Shown here in pieces: positions 37,834 through 49,022 of a stretch of 64,000 nucleotides of DNA; position 1 is the stretch's first letter; each line of letters begins with the position of its first letter. A program made the translations under genes and the position numbers. Under the pieces are notes generated by a model. The model had not been told where the DNA came from. It saw only the letters and a program-made list of their open reading frames with translations, and did no database searches. Source of the stretch: Squalus acanthias (Eukaryota); NCBI GenBank assembly GCA_030390025.1, contig CM059425.1, positions 175,834,001-175,898,000 of the forward strand, written 5' to 3'.

Positions 37834-37859
37834 AATAATGCAGATAATTGCAAGCTACC

Positions 37860-38200
37860 CCGGGTATGGTAGTGTACTGATTATGGTATTGGACTAGCGA
37901 ACCAGAGTGCACAATAGCAAGTTGTGAAATTGAAGTCAATAATTCTGGTAATTTGTGGGCTGACACCAGAAAAAATGACCGTAAATACTATTGGATTTTT
38001 GTTTCAGGAAGGGAACTGGCCTCCCCTACCTGGTCTGGCCTACATGTGACTCTAGTACCACACTGTGTGGGTAACTCTTGATGCCCTCTGAAGTGACCTA
38101 GCAAGTTAATCAGTTGTACAAACAATTGGTACTCAAGAAGCAGGCAACTAGGGGTGGATAATAATGTGGCCATAATAATGTAACCCACATCCCAATAATA
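37860..38200 (+). mobile_element. Second SINE-like family (tRNA-like head), decayed
   Basis: Head ggtagtgta...ggtattggactag. The 3' part matches 3815-3992. Confidence 0.5.
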
Positions 38201-38837
38201 TATACTTCAAATTCAAAAGCCGTGGTTTTTTTTTATCTTGGAACAATTCACGGTGCCACAACTATTTGAAAGAGCTGGCAGACTAGACAGATGGCTATTG
38301 AGTAACCAGAGTTGCTCCTTGCTGCCTTGCTTATTAACAACAGTCATGAATTCCCATACTAAGGTGTAGAAAAAAATCTAATGGGGTTCATGCCTCCACC
38401 CAAATTCTGGGTGAAAATACAATAGATGCACTGGGGGTAATTTTAACCCCTAAAAACAGGTGGGTTGGGATCGGGTGAGCTGTAAAAAATTTAAAAATCT
38501 CAAACCCGACCCCAACCCACTTACAACTTCGGGTTTAACGGAGGTGGGACAGAGGGTTGGCCACCAACCCACTCCCAGGAGACAGGTTGGCCATTTAAAT
38601 ATTATAATGAGGCTGGGAGCCTCATATTTAACCTGTTTTACAGGTTTAATTGTGGCCAGCTGGGTTTTCTGGGTCTTTGGAAACCCGGCAACTTAAGGGA
38701 GGCGCCAACAGTGTCGGGGTAAAGGCAAGTGCCCTTACAGCACTGCTTGTGGACCAGGAGGAGCAGGAGTGCTCCACCCCACCCCCCGGCCCCCCAAGCT
38801 ACCTTCTTCCCTGCCATTGGACCCCAAAGAGGGCAGA

Positions 38838-39125
38838 GGTTGTTAATGGAGATGGCCATTACCTGGCACTTATTTGTCATGAATGTTACCTGCCACCTTT
38901 CAGCCCAAGCCTGGATGTTGTCCTAGCCCTGCTGTAAGCTGGCATGGGCTCCTTCATTAATGGAGGAGTTGTGTATGGAGTTGCACACTCTGAAATAGTC
39001 AGCAAACAGCTGCACTCCTGATCTCCTGATGGAGGGAAGGTAATTTTTAAAGCAGCTGAAAGTAGTTGAGCCAAGAATGCTGCCCTGAGGACCTGTTGCA
39101 GCAGTTCCCTAGGGCTGTGATGTTT
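38838..39125 (-). mobile_element. Old CR1/L2-like RT fragment
   Basis: LFADY...DNIQAWAERWQVTFMTNKCQVM. Confidence 0.7.
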
Positions 39126-40333
39126 GGCTTCCGATACAATGAACATCTTCTTTTGTGTCATCCACTCTCCTGGGGCTTCTCCTCCACCAGTTGCTGCTCC
39201 TGCTTTTAAGGTCCCACAGGTGCATGAACTTCTTCTTCCCTGTGGACCTGCGCCCGATAGTGTGCCATCATGTGTGCCTGGTGTCAACCCAAGATATTCT
39301 GATGATGTCCCAGTGGAAGTTCGGTACTAAGGTGAAGCTTCCAGTGCTGAGGGGAAATTTCTGACCTGAGGAATGGCGAGAGAGTTAAATTAGTCCTTAT
39401 ATAAGAATACGATATAATAGAAGTTAGATTTTTTTGCATGTGTCCTACATACAGTTTGGAAGTATCAAAAGCCCAGTCCTATGTCAGTTCTGTTGCAGAT
39501 TCCACTCAGATCCAGGGCTGCACATGGTGTTATTCAATTCATCTTTCTCTCTGTAGATTTCCATGCATATTGTATAATGCAATTTCATACATCTCAAGTA
39601 TGATTTTCTGGCAAATTTTTCAATGTGCTTTTTCATTTGGGAATGTAACACATTTCTACCATTCATCTTTTTTCCATTCCCAACAACTGAAGTCTTTGAT
39701 GAATTTGAACTCTATTTGTTTTCTAATCATTTACCAGTAGGGTTCTTACTTCATGAGCTGCCAGACTGATGCTATTGATGATTATTTATTGCTTATAATC
39801 ATCTAATAGTTATGGCAGGTGTACATATTATTTTGTCTGATCTGTGACATTTTAATCTCATTGTGCTGGTTCAGAATTATAGAATAAGATGCCAGGGCAC
39901 AAGGCAAATATCTCTCAAGTTGATGCCAAAATATGTTCAATAGAAAGTCATTGCTTTCTTTTAGGGATATTGTACTAATGTGCCAATGCTATAAAGTCAT
40001 GCTCACACCACTCTAAGCAGATTTTTGTCATTTTCTGAAAGTATATTAAAACACAAGTTCTAAAGTGGGAACCATGGTCTAAATGTTTAGACTTCGTGCT
40101 GCCTGCTAATTTAAATGATTGCAGTGATGAGGGAGCGCTAAACGCGCTGCCGAATGGCTGAACACCTCAGCAGGGGGCCCAAGTTCATGCGAGGCTAGCA
40201 CCACTTAAAGCTAGCCTACACTACTTAAAGCCAGCCAGCACCTCTTAAAGGGGAGGTGCATTCTGGCTGGAGCAGGTGCTGGAAGTGGCTGGGAAAGAGA
40301 GCCTGACCTGCAAGAATAGTGACTAAAGGCGCA

Positions 40334-41344
40334 ATAGGGGAGAGAACGTGCTCCAAAGTTCTCAGATACTGCACTGGAGGCCTTGGTGGAGGAGGTGGAC
40401 AGGAGGAGAGAGGCCCTCTATCTACAGTTGGTCAGGAGGCTCACCAGGCAAACTCTACGAAGGCAGTGGGAGCAGGTAGCCGAGGCGGTCAATGCCAGAA
40501 GCCAAGCCCAAGGACCTGGATGCAGTGCCACAAAAAGTTCAATGACTTCACACGAGTGGTCAAGGTCAGTGAATTCAGCTGCAAATGCCATATCCCACCA
40601 ACTGAACCACTAGCCTCACACACTCCTCAATGCACCAGACTCCCATCACTCACCTGCCAACAATCTGTAACAAACAGGACTCATACCTCACGTTCATAGC
40701 TTCACCTCACCCTCATACACTTACCACTGCTGCAAGCTTGACACCCCCACATCTCACAGCTTGCAAACACTGCCAACTATTCAACCATGACAGGCACATC
40801 ACCAAAACACATTGCCCCACACTCACTGAAACACTTCCCTCTCTCTTGCAGGACAAGTTGGCATATAACCAAAGGCAGCAGGAGGTAACCGGTGGGGGAC
40901 AGGTGTGCCTGCATCACCTTACCCCAATGGAGGAGATGGTGGTCGCCATCATTGGAATAGCCATCGCTGAGCCCGTGGGCAGCGGCGGGGCTGAATCCAT
41001 CGAAGATGACGGTATCCTCATACCTAATCCTTCTTCTCATATCCCACTTCCCCCTCATCCCACAATGTCATTTGATTTAAAAGCTGCAGCTGGTGTATGC
41101 ATGTACTTCTAACTTTCTCCCCTTCCCCCACCGCAACCCTATCCTTGTGCCTTTCTCACAAGAACTGCAACCTGGCCAAGCAGTGGTGGAAGAGCAACAG
41201 GTGGAAGAGGAAGAAGGCAGCGATGATGAAGACACACCGTCATTCGATTTCACACTCGCAGCCAACAGCTCAGATACTGACACTCCGCGTACTTTAGAGG
41301 ATAGCTTAGACGCGGGATTTGCAGGTGGGGAATACCATGGATGA
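40334..41344 (+). pseudogene. Harbinger Myb/SANT-like gene (family 2): exons ~40334-40564, 40852-41011, 41163-41344
   Basis: RERAPKFSDTALEALVEEV...WEQVAEAVNARS..TWMQCHKKFNDF..VK|gtcagt, a 160-bp exon 2 and an acidic exon 3. Confidence 0.8.
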
Positions 41345-41699
41345 ATTTTGGTCTGCGGTATACAGTGTTGCTATGGAGCAGAGGGAGGTTTTGAATTTTT
41401 GCCTGGCAAATTGACTGAACGTTAGCACAGGTCAAGGGCCGGAATTAAGAATTTTCAACTTTCACCAGCAGCTTGGGGCATGCCATTGCTAAACTCTGAG
41501 ATGGACTCAGGCCGGGGAGCCCACCTACAATAGGTTAATGACTCTGAGGCCAGAAGACGGGCTGAGAAGTTTTATGGTAGTTGGAAGACCCACCAAATCT
41601 ACCAACGTGAAATACCTAGATCATTTGTGTTTCGTCAGCTTTTTAAAGTTGTGGGATAAAGCATTTTAATCAAGAGCAATATAACAAAGCAGTCAAATA

Positions 41700-41801
41700 A
41701 AAAGAAAAAAAGAACTGCAAATGCTGGAAATCTGAAATAAAAACAGAAATTGCTGGAACCAGGCGGCAGATCAGTTGGCATCTGTAAAGAGAAAAGACAG
41801 G
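41700..41801 (-). mobile_element. Body of the Penelope-type short repeat adjoining the tandem array
   Basis: Its reverse complement aligns with 37735-37830 (cagatgc...ccagca.tttctgtttttatttcagatttccagcat.tgcagt). Confidence 0.8.
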
Positions 41802-43369
41802 TTAATGCTTTGGGTGTGTAATCCTTCATCAGATTAATGCTTTGGGTGTGTAACCCTTCATCAGATTAATACTTTGGGTGTGTAACCCTTCATCAGATTA
41901 ATGCTTTGGGTGTGTAATCCTTCATCAGATTAATACTTTGGGTGTGTAATCCTTCATCAGATTAATGCTTTGGGTGTGTAATCCTTCATCAGATTAATAC
42001 TTTGGGTGTGTAACCCTTCATCAGATTAATGCTTTGGGTGTGTAATCCTTCATCAGATTAATACTTTGGGTGTGTAACCCTTCATCAGATTAATGCTTTG
42101 GGTGTGTAATCCTTCATCAGATTAATGCTTTGGGTGTGTAACCCTTCATCAGATTAATGCTTTGGGTGTGTAATCCTTCATCAGATTAATGCTTTGGGTG
42201 TGTAATCCTTCATTAGATTAATGCTTTGGGTGTGTAACCCTTCATCAGATTAATGCTTTGGGTGTGTAATCCTTCATCAGATTTATACTTTGGGTGTGTA
42301 ACCCTTCATCAGATGAATACTTTGGGTGTGTAATCCTTTATCAGATTAATGCTTTGGGATTGTAATCCTTCATCAGATTAATGCTTTGGGTGTGTAACCC
42401 TTCATCAGATTAATGCTTTGGGTGTGTAACCCTTCATCAGATTAATGCTTTGGGTGTGTAATCCTTCATCAGATTAATGCTTTGGGTGTGTAATCCTTCA
42501 TCAGATTAATGCTTTGGGTGTGTAATCCTTCATCAGATTAATGCTTTGGGTGTGTAACCCTTCATCAGATTAATGCTTTGGGTGTGTAATCCTTCATCAG
42601 ATTAATGCTTTGGGTGTGTAATCCTTCATCAGATTAATGCTTTGGGTGTGTAACCCTTCATCAGATTAATGCTTTGGGTGTGTAATCCTTCATCAGATTA
42701 ATGCTTTGGGTGTGTAATCCTTCATCAGATTAATGCTTTGGGTGTGTAATCCTTCATTAGATTAATGCTTTGGGTGTGTAACCCTTCATCAGATTAATGC
42801 TTTGGGTGTGTAACCCTTCATCAGATTAATGCTTTGGGTGTGTAATCCTTCATCAGATTAATACTTTGGGTGTGTAACCCTTCATCAGATGAATACTTTG
42901 GGTGTGTAATCCTTTATCAGATTAATGCTTTGGGATTGTAATCCTTCATCAGATTAATGCTTTGGGTGTGTAATCCTTCATCAGATTAATGCTTTGGGTG
43001 TGTAATCCTTCATCAAATTAATACTTTGGGTGTGTAACCCTTCATCAGATTAATACTTTGGGTGTGTAATCCTTCATCAGATTAATGCTTTGGGTGTGTA
43101 ATCCTTCATCAGATTAATACGTTGGGCGTGTAACCCTTCATCAGATTAATGCTTTGGGTGTGTAATCCTTCATCAGATTAATGCTTTGGGTGTGTTACCC
43201 TTCATAAGATTAATGCTTTGGGTGTGTAATCCTTCATCAGATTAATGCTTTGGGTGTGTAATCCTTCATCAGATTAATGCTTTGGGTGTGTAATCCTTCA
43301 TCAGATTAATGCTTTGTGTGTGTAATCCTTCATCAGATTAATGCTTTGGGTGTGTAATCCTTTGTCAGG
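41802..43369 (-). repeat. Tandem array, 49 x 32 bp, of a degenerate hammerhead-like unit (TCTGATGAAGGRTTACACACCCAAAGYATTAA)
   Basis: The 32-bp period holds from 41802 to the last unit starting at 43338. There are no spacers. Confidence 0.95.
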
Positions 43370-45137
43370 ATTTATTTTGGTGTCAAAGAAAATACCTCAG
43401 TGGGTCAGATATTCTATAATAATCACTGATAATTCTCTTGTAAATTCACTTCAGTAAGAAGAGGCCAAAATGGAAAATTACAATAATCTAATGATTGAAC
43501 ATGTGACATCATTGATGTTTGTTGTAGACAGAAATAAACATTACAAATAGGTTAGATTGTTGTCACATTAGTAGAAAAACAGTTAACATTTGTATGAGCT
43601 TCTTATGCCCCCTATTTTAACAGGAGCAATAACCTGTTTATTTTAAATGAGTTACTGCCTCTGTTAAAATAATAGGCAGAGCAACGTCCTATAACTCTTA
43701 AAAGCATCAGATTCCTACAGTCATTTCTAGCCTAGCAGTGCCGAAGAAGAAAAATGCCATCTGTATTTATTGACTTTCTTTCTGCAAACATACATAAAAT
43801 TCTTAATCTTGTCATTTTAACCTTACAAATACTTAATACTAGCAAAATCTGTTGTAAAATCACAGTAATTTTTTGAGAAGGCAGCAGGTGAAGGAAGAGG
43901 TCAGTGTGAAATAGCGTTTGAGTGGAGAGGTGTTTCTGTGAAGCGTTGGAGTGGGGGGGGTGGTGTCATTTAGTGAGGTCAGACAATGTTGGAGTGATCA
44001 GCGATGTTTTGGTTGGGTACTGGAAGTTTAGGAGGTGGCAACTATAGTGGCTTTTAGCAGTCAGGGAGTGGCGGTTTGGTGAGCTTGATCTAGGATGGGG
44101 TTTTAGCGGGGAAAACAGGAAGTGTGCAGATCGAGGGAAAAGGAGAACTCGGAAATGGGCAGGAAAGGCAAGGGTGAGGAGGAGTGAAAGCAGAGAGTTG
44201 TTATTTGATGGTGAATCGCTGTAAGGCATGAGAGGCAGTGAAGAGAAGGCGTGCAAATGGAAGCCGTGTGAGGTCAGCCGTGCCACGAAGAGTGGACAGT
44301 TAGCTTGGAAAATACATGGGTGGGCAGCAAGGAGAAGTGAACAACCACTCTAAATGGTGAAGGAAGGGGTAACACATATTCAAAGGACCCCAAGGGTCGA
44401 AAGTTGGCTGGACCAACTTTGCATCTTTGTAGCAGGCAAAGTCCCACCATGATGAAGATGTGCCCCAATTCCACAAAATTGAAATAGCTAGCCTTGGTCC
44501 CATGGCAGCAGTGATCTTAGTTTGAATATTAGTTCTGTTTTTAAAAAAATGACAAAGTATCTGGAATTAATATGGTTTCTCTAAAATAGCAGTAAGATTG
44601 GTAAGTCTGCTTTTGACGGAGGGATTATAGTTTTACCATTTAGACTTCTGACCAGAAGATGCAACCTTTTAAATCTCTGAACCCAAGTACTAAATTCTAA
44701 TTGTCCTCAATAAGAGTCTGGATATTTGAAATCGCCCATCGTCCCCGAAGAACTGTTGTACAGGGGTTAATTTCTATATTATGTGTGTACCTCAAAATAG
44801 ATAGAGTTCATAAGGAAATGTACTTGAAGAAATTGTTTGTCAAACATCAGGCAGAAGATGCATTTACATCTAAAGAGCAGTTTTCTATCATAGGAAGTTC
44901 CAGTGTCAGCCACAATGCTCCATTAGTCATGAGAAGGGAATGTAACACAAGCGACTACAAGTGGAGAGCACTCCTCCTCCTCCGGGCCCCATACAAATCA
45001 TTTCAAACTTACCATTTCTGGGCCTCTTCGGCTCTATTGAACTGATTAAAGTGTGCACAGCTCACACTCTGACTAGTTCCAATCTAAAATGGTTATCGGG
45101 ATCCTAAGACCCTGATTTGAATTTTAAAAGAGATCTG

Positions 45138-46918
45138 GGGCTGGATTTTTCCAACCTTGGCGTGTCCGGGGTGGGCGACATCCATGTGGGGACCCCGCAT
45201 CTGTGTCGATCCCGGCCTCCAACAAGATATTCCATTGATAGGGCTTGTTAAGCCGCCCTGTGAGGTTCCCGGCCAATTAATAGGAAGCGGGCCTAATGAC
45301 GTCATTTGATGACATGTCATCAGCCGGTTTCCTTAAAGGGACCATGCCCAAAATCATTTTGACAGTTGTGCTGTCAGTGTTCTGCAGCATTGAGGTGCTG
45401 CAAACACTGACAAGCACTGCAGAAAGGTGCAGGGCTGCACCCAGGCTCTCCCATGACTCCCTCCATATGCTTATAGAGGGAGTCACAGCACGCAGGGAGG
45501 TTCTCTTCTCTTCCAATGTACGGAAGACACCTCCCCAGGAGACTAATGCAGCCTGGTTGCACATTGCACAGGAGGGCACAAGCAGGGATGTCATCAGGAG
45601 GACCAGGTTGCAGTGGCACAAACCTTTCAATGATCTCAGTAGATCACAAAACATTATTGCAAAGCCACACTCAGCCTCATCCTGCTGTGCCTCTCATCAC
45701 ATCCCCATCACTCTGCCTTCCCTACCCTACTCCTGCACATCCTTACTCACACCAACTTACCTTGCACCTCCACTCATCCCTCTCTATCTACATTATTACA
45801 TCCCCATCTCACTAGCCACCCCTCACACTCACCCTCATCCTTGTCCAATCATACCAACTAACAACACATAAGGGTAGGCAGTTGGGTGTTATCGCCAATG
45901 TTCATGTAAAGTTTCTGTTAATGTGTTGTCAAACAATTAAATCTTTATTTTCAACACTTTGTGTTCTTGGACAGATTTGTGTGCACCTTTTGAAGTGGCT
46001 TAGTGAGTTGCAATGAATGGTAAGACATAACGGTACCCCCCCAATGATGATGAGTGTGAAAGGAATGGCTTGGGCTTTGCATGAATGCTTTATGGTGTTG
46101 GTGTGGGGTGGTGCCAACCTGGCGCATCATGTGGCAGCCAGGGTGTACAGCGTCAAGTGAAGTAAATCTGGCTATGGTGAGGCCATCCCTGGCCTCCCGG
46201 GCAGCAATGTGCTCGGGTGCTGATGCCCTGTGTCCTGTGCAGCATCAGGTGATTGCGGAGAAGGTTGGTGTTGTTGTTGATGCTGCTGGTGTGCCTGGTG
46301 CTGCTTGTGTTGGGGCTGATCGTGGTGGGATTCTGAGGACCAAGGTGAGATTTTTTCAAGGGTACTGATGCTGATGGAATAGATGGCAGCTGAAGTTGAG
46401 ATGACAGAAGCGATCTGTCAATGGTGAGAGAGGTTGCTCCAAGGAGGTGACACCGGATAGAGAGTTTACTCCAAACACTTCAAACCTCCATAAAGCTGAA
46501 AAGTGTATTCCAAATCCTGAAGACTCCACCCTCTAAGATTGGAAAGTGACCAGCTGTGAAATGGTAGCTTTTATACCACTTTTGCAGCTGTCACCTATTC
46601 ACAGAAATGGAGAGTTGTTTAAAACCTGACACACTTACCTGGCGTGATCCCCGAGTGATGTGAACCTCGTGGAAAACTTGGGAAAATGGTTTGTACCTGG
46701 CAAAATGCTATTAAATTGCTTTAAACACCCTTTTAACTATCTGAATTGCCTGACCCGCCACTTAGTGCCGGATCTGCAAAGCGCAGGCAGAGCCGACACT
46801 AAGGAAACTCACAAGGAGATGGGTTCAGAGTGGGATACCGCCCCGCCGTCAATCTTTTTGATTTTGATTGCGGACCTGCCTCCGAACCTGCCCTCTGAGC
46901 ACCGGCAAAATTCAGCCC
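45138..46918. mobile_element. Internally deleted Harbinger D (Myb exon 1 on +, transposase N-terminal remnant on -)
   Basis: GGGCTGGATTTT and AAAATTCAGCCC ends with flanks CTG/CTA. Encodes RAAPRLSHDSLHMLIEGV...WLHIAQE..KPFNDL. Confidence 0.8.
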
Positions 46919-48809
46919 CTACTGTCTGAAACAGGCAGGCACTTTGGGCGCCCAGCTGGTGGCCCCTTTCAAAATAGCACCATCAGGGTTACCGAGGTGG
47001 TCAGGCTACCACCCTGTTAACGGCAGACGCAACAAGTTAAAATCACCCCCAATGCCACTCTACCAAAGCCTTGTGTCAAAATTAAATGTTTCACTTTAAC
47101 TTCCAACTTCAGCAACAGCAAAATTCAATGCATTACATAAAAAAACTGCACTGTTTGAAATGTCCTAATTAAAAGAAAAAATATTAGTGCACTGATGCAG
47201 GGGAAATTAAATGTACTTCATCAATATTATGATGTTTTAAATGATTATCACATCTGTGAGTTGGTGCAATACATTAGTCTGTCAATTTTATTTTGTTCAG
47301 CTTCAAGGACATGTGCATAATAAGCTGAATATTGTGCCAGTATCTATGCAGCAGATTCAACCCTAACACACATCACTCCTTCAAAGCTGCTGAAAAGATC
47401 AAACAGGTACATCTAGTAACATCGTCATTCTGTGCCCCTGTCGAATTCATTAGATGCTATATTTAACAGAGCAACTTGATCCCTGCTTGGCCTTCCAAAA
47501 ATGAACTTCAGCCACATGTTAATGCTCATTAGTGCAGGTCACCCTGATTCTAAATTGAGAAGAGAAATGCCGCAGAGCTCCTTTTCCACCTTTGTGTTTA
47601 TGTATTTATCAGTGCCTAGGAGGACAGTTCTAGAGGATGGGGCTTTTTCCATTAACAGCTTGTGAACAATCCCAGGTCAGGTAGAGCACAGGTTAGATCC
47701 ACTATCGAGGTTACAATATTATGAGAACTCTTTTACTGCACTGCTACAGACTTAAAAAACAATACATTCAATCTATTTGATGTATAAAATTGCAAAGTTC
47801 GTGCCAAATATTTGAGAGCAGTTTTTGAAGCATAACTAGTCTGCTTTTTGAAGGAGGAGAATCAGGTGGCAGCACGTAATACATTCCAATAGCAAATGTA
47901 CAGAGTAAGGACTTCCTGTTGTGATTCTTGGGTCTTGTTATCGTTTACCCAGCAGAGAAAGGTACACTTCAGGTCGTAAGCTTCATGAGGTCTGCTTACA
48001 GAAGTGGTCGGTGATGCTAAATTTAAGAAAGTAAAGTAAAACATCAAAAGCATAATATTCTATGATCCTCGATGCTACTCAACAGATATTGATCTAGTTT
48101 ACTTTTAAAGAAGCCAATTGATCCTGAATCAAATACCTTGTCTGCGTGTCTGTTCCATGCATCCACTAATATTTGAAGGAAACAATTCCTCGGGCCCAAA
48201 TTTACACAGCTGTTCAGCAGGCTCCCTCCGTAACACTGGCGACATGGTTGAAAACTCTGCTGGGAATTCCCGAAAATTGTGTATTAGCTTAAAGAGATTT
48301 CTTCCATTCACATAGTGCTGGTATGTAAAAAACAAAGGCGAAAAGGAAATGTTCACTGCTTGTTAATATCACAAATGAGCTTCCTGAATCTTTTGGCAGG
48401 GGAACAGTTGGCACTTTTTCAATTTTGAACCAATTTGAAGTGGGCAATATTCTTATCTAGTTAATTTACAATCACAGGTGAAGCTAATCCAAGAGTGTAT
48501 TTTCCTCTGTGTATAAAATAAACAACAGGAAATATAACCTTTGAACAGCCAAACTCAAATTATAAATTAACAACAGTTTAGTTGAACAACTTTTCTACAC
48601 TCATACATACACAGGAAAATATAACCTCACTTCCCATCCTATCTGAAGCAGGATGCCTGCTTTTTTAAGGGATGCAAGTGAATCTGCTCTCATTTCTAAT
48701 CCGAACCGTCGACTCAAACAAGGCCCCTGCAGTCAGTCATTGTCTCTGAGCTCAAAACCCATCCGGCTTTATGGAGCTACAAAGTAGGCCATGTATAATT
48801 GAATAATAG

Positions 48810-49022
48810 AAATTTGACAGCACAGGAGGCCATTCAGCTCACTGTGCCTGTGCTTGCTCTCTGAAAGAGTTCTCCACTTAGGCATACTCCCCTGCCCTTT
48901 CTCCATACCATTTATTTGTTTTCTTTTTGAATATTTATGCACTTCCCTCTTGAAAGCCATTACAGTTTCTGCATCCACCACTATTTCTGGTAGAGAATTC
49001 TGTGTCCTAACAACCCAGTGTT
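48810..49022 (-). mobile_element. Old CR1 3' fragment
   Basis: VVRTQNSLPEIVVDAETVMAFKREV is a decayed CR1 C-terminus. Confidence 0.65.

Noticed and set aside
41802..43369. CRISPR array (32-bp repeats)
   Set aside because: Units are head-to-tail with no unique spacers, there are no cas genes, and the context is eukaryotic.
44701..45045. 114-aa ORF as a host exon
   Set aside because: No recognisable domain and no convincing splice sites.
47862..48053. Possible minus-strand exon (ASPTTSVSRPHEAYDLKCTFLCW)
   Set aside because: The donor is weak, the peptide is short and unrecognised, and it cannot be distinguished from chance.
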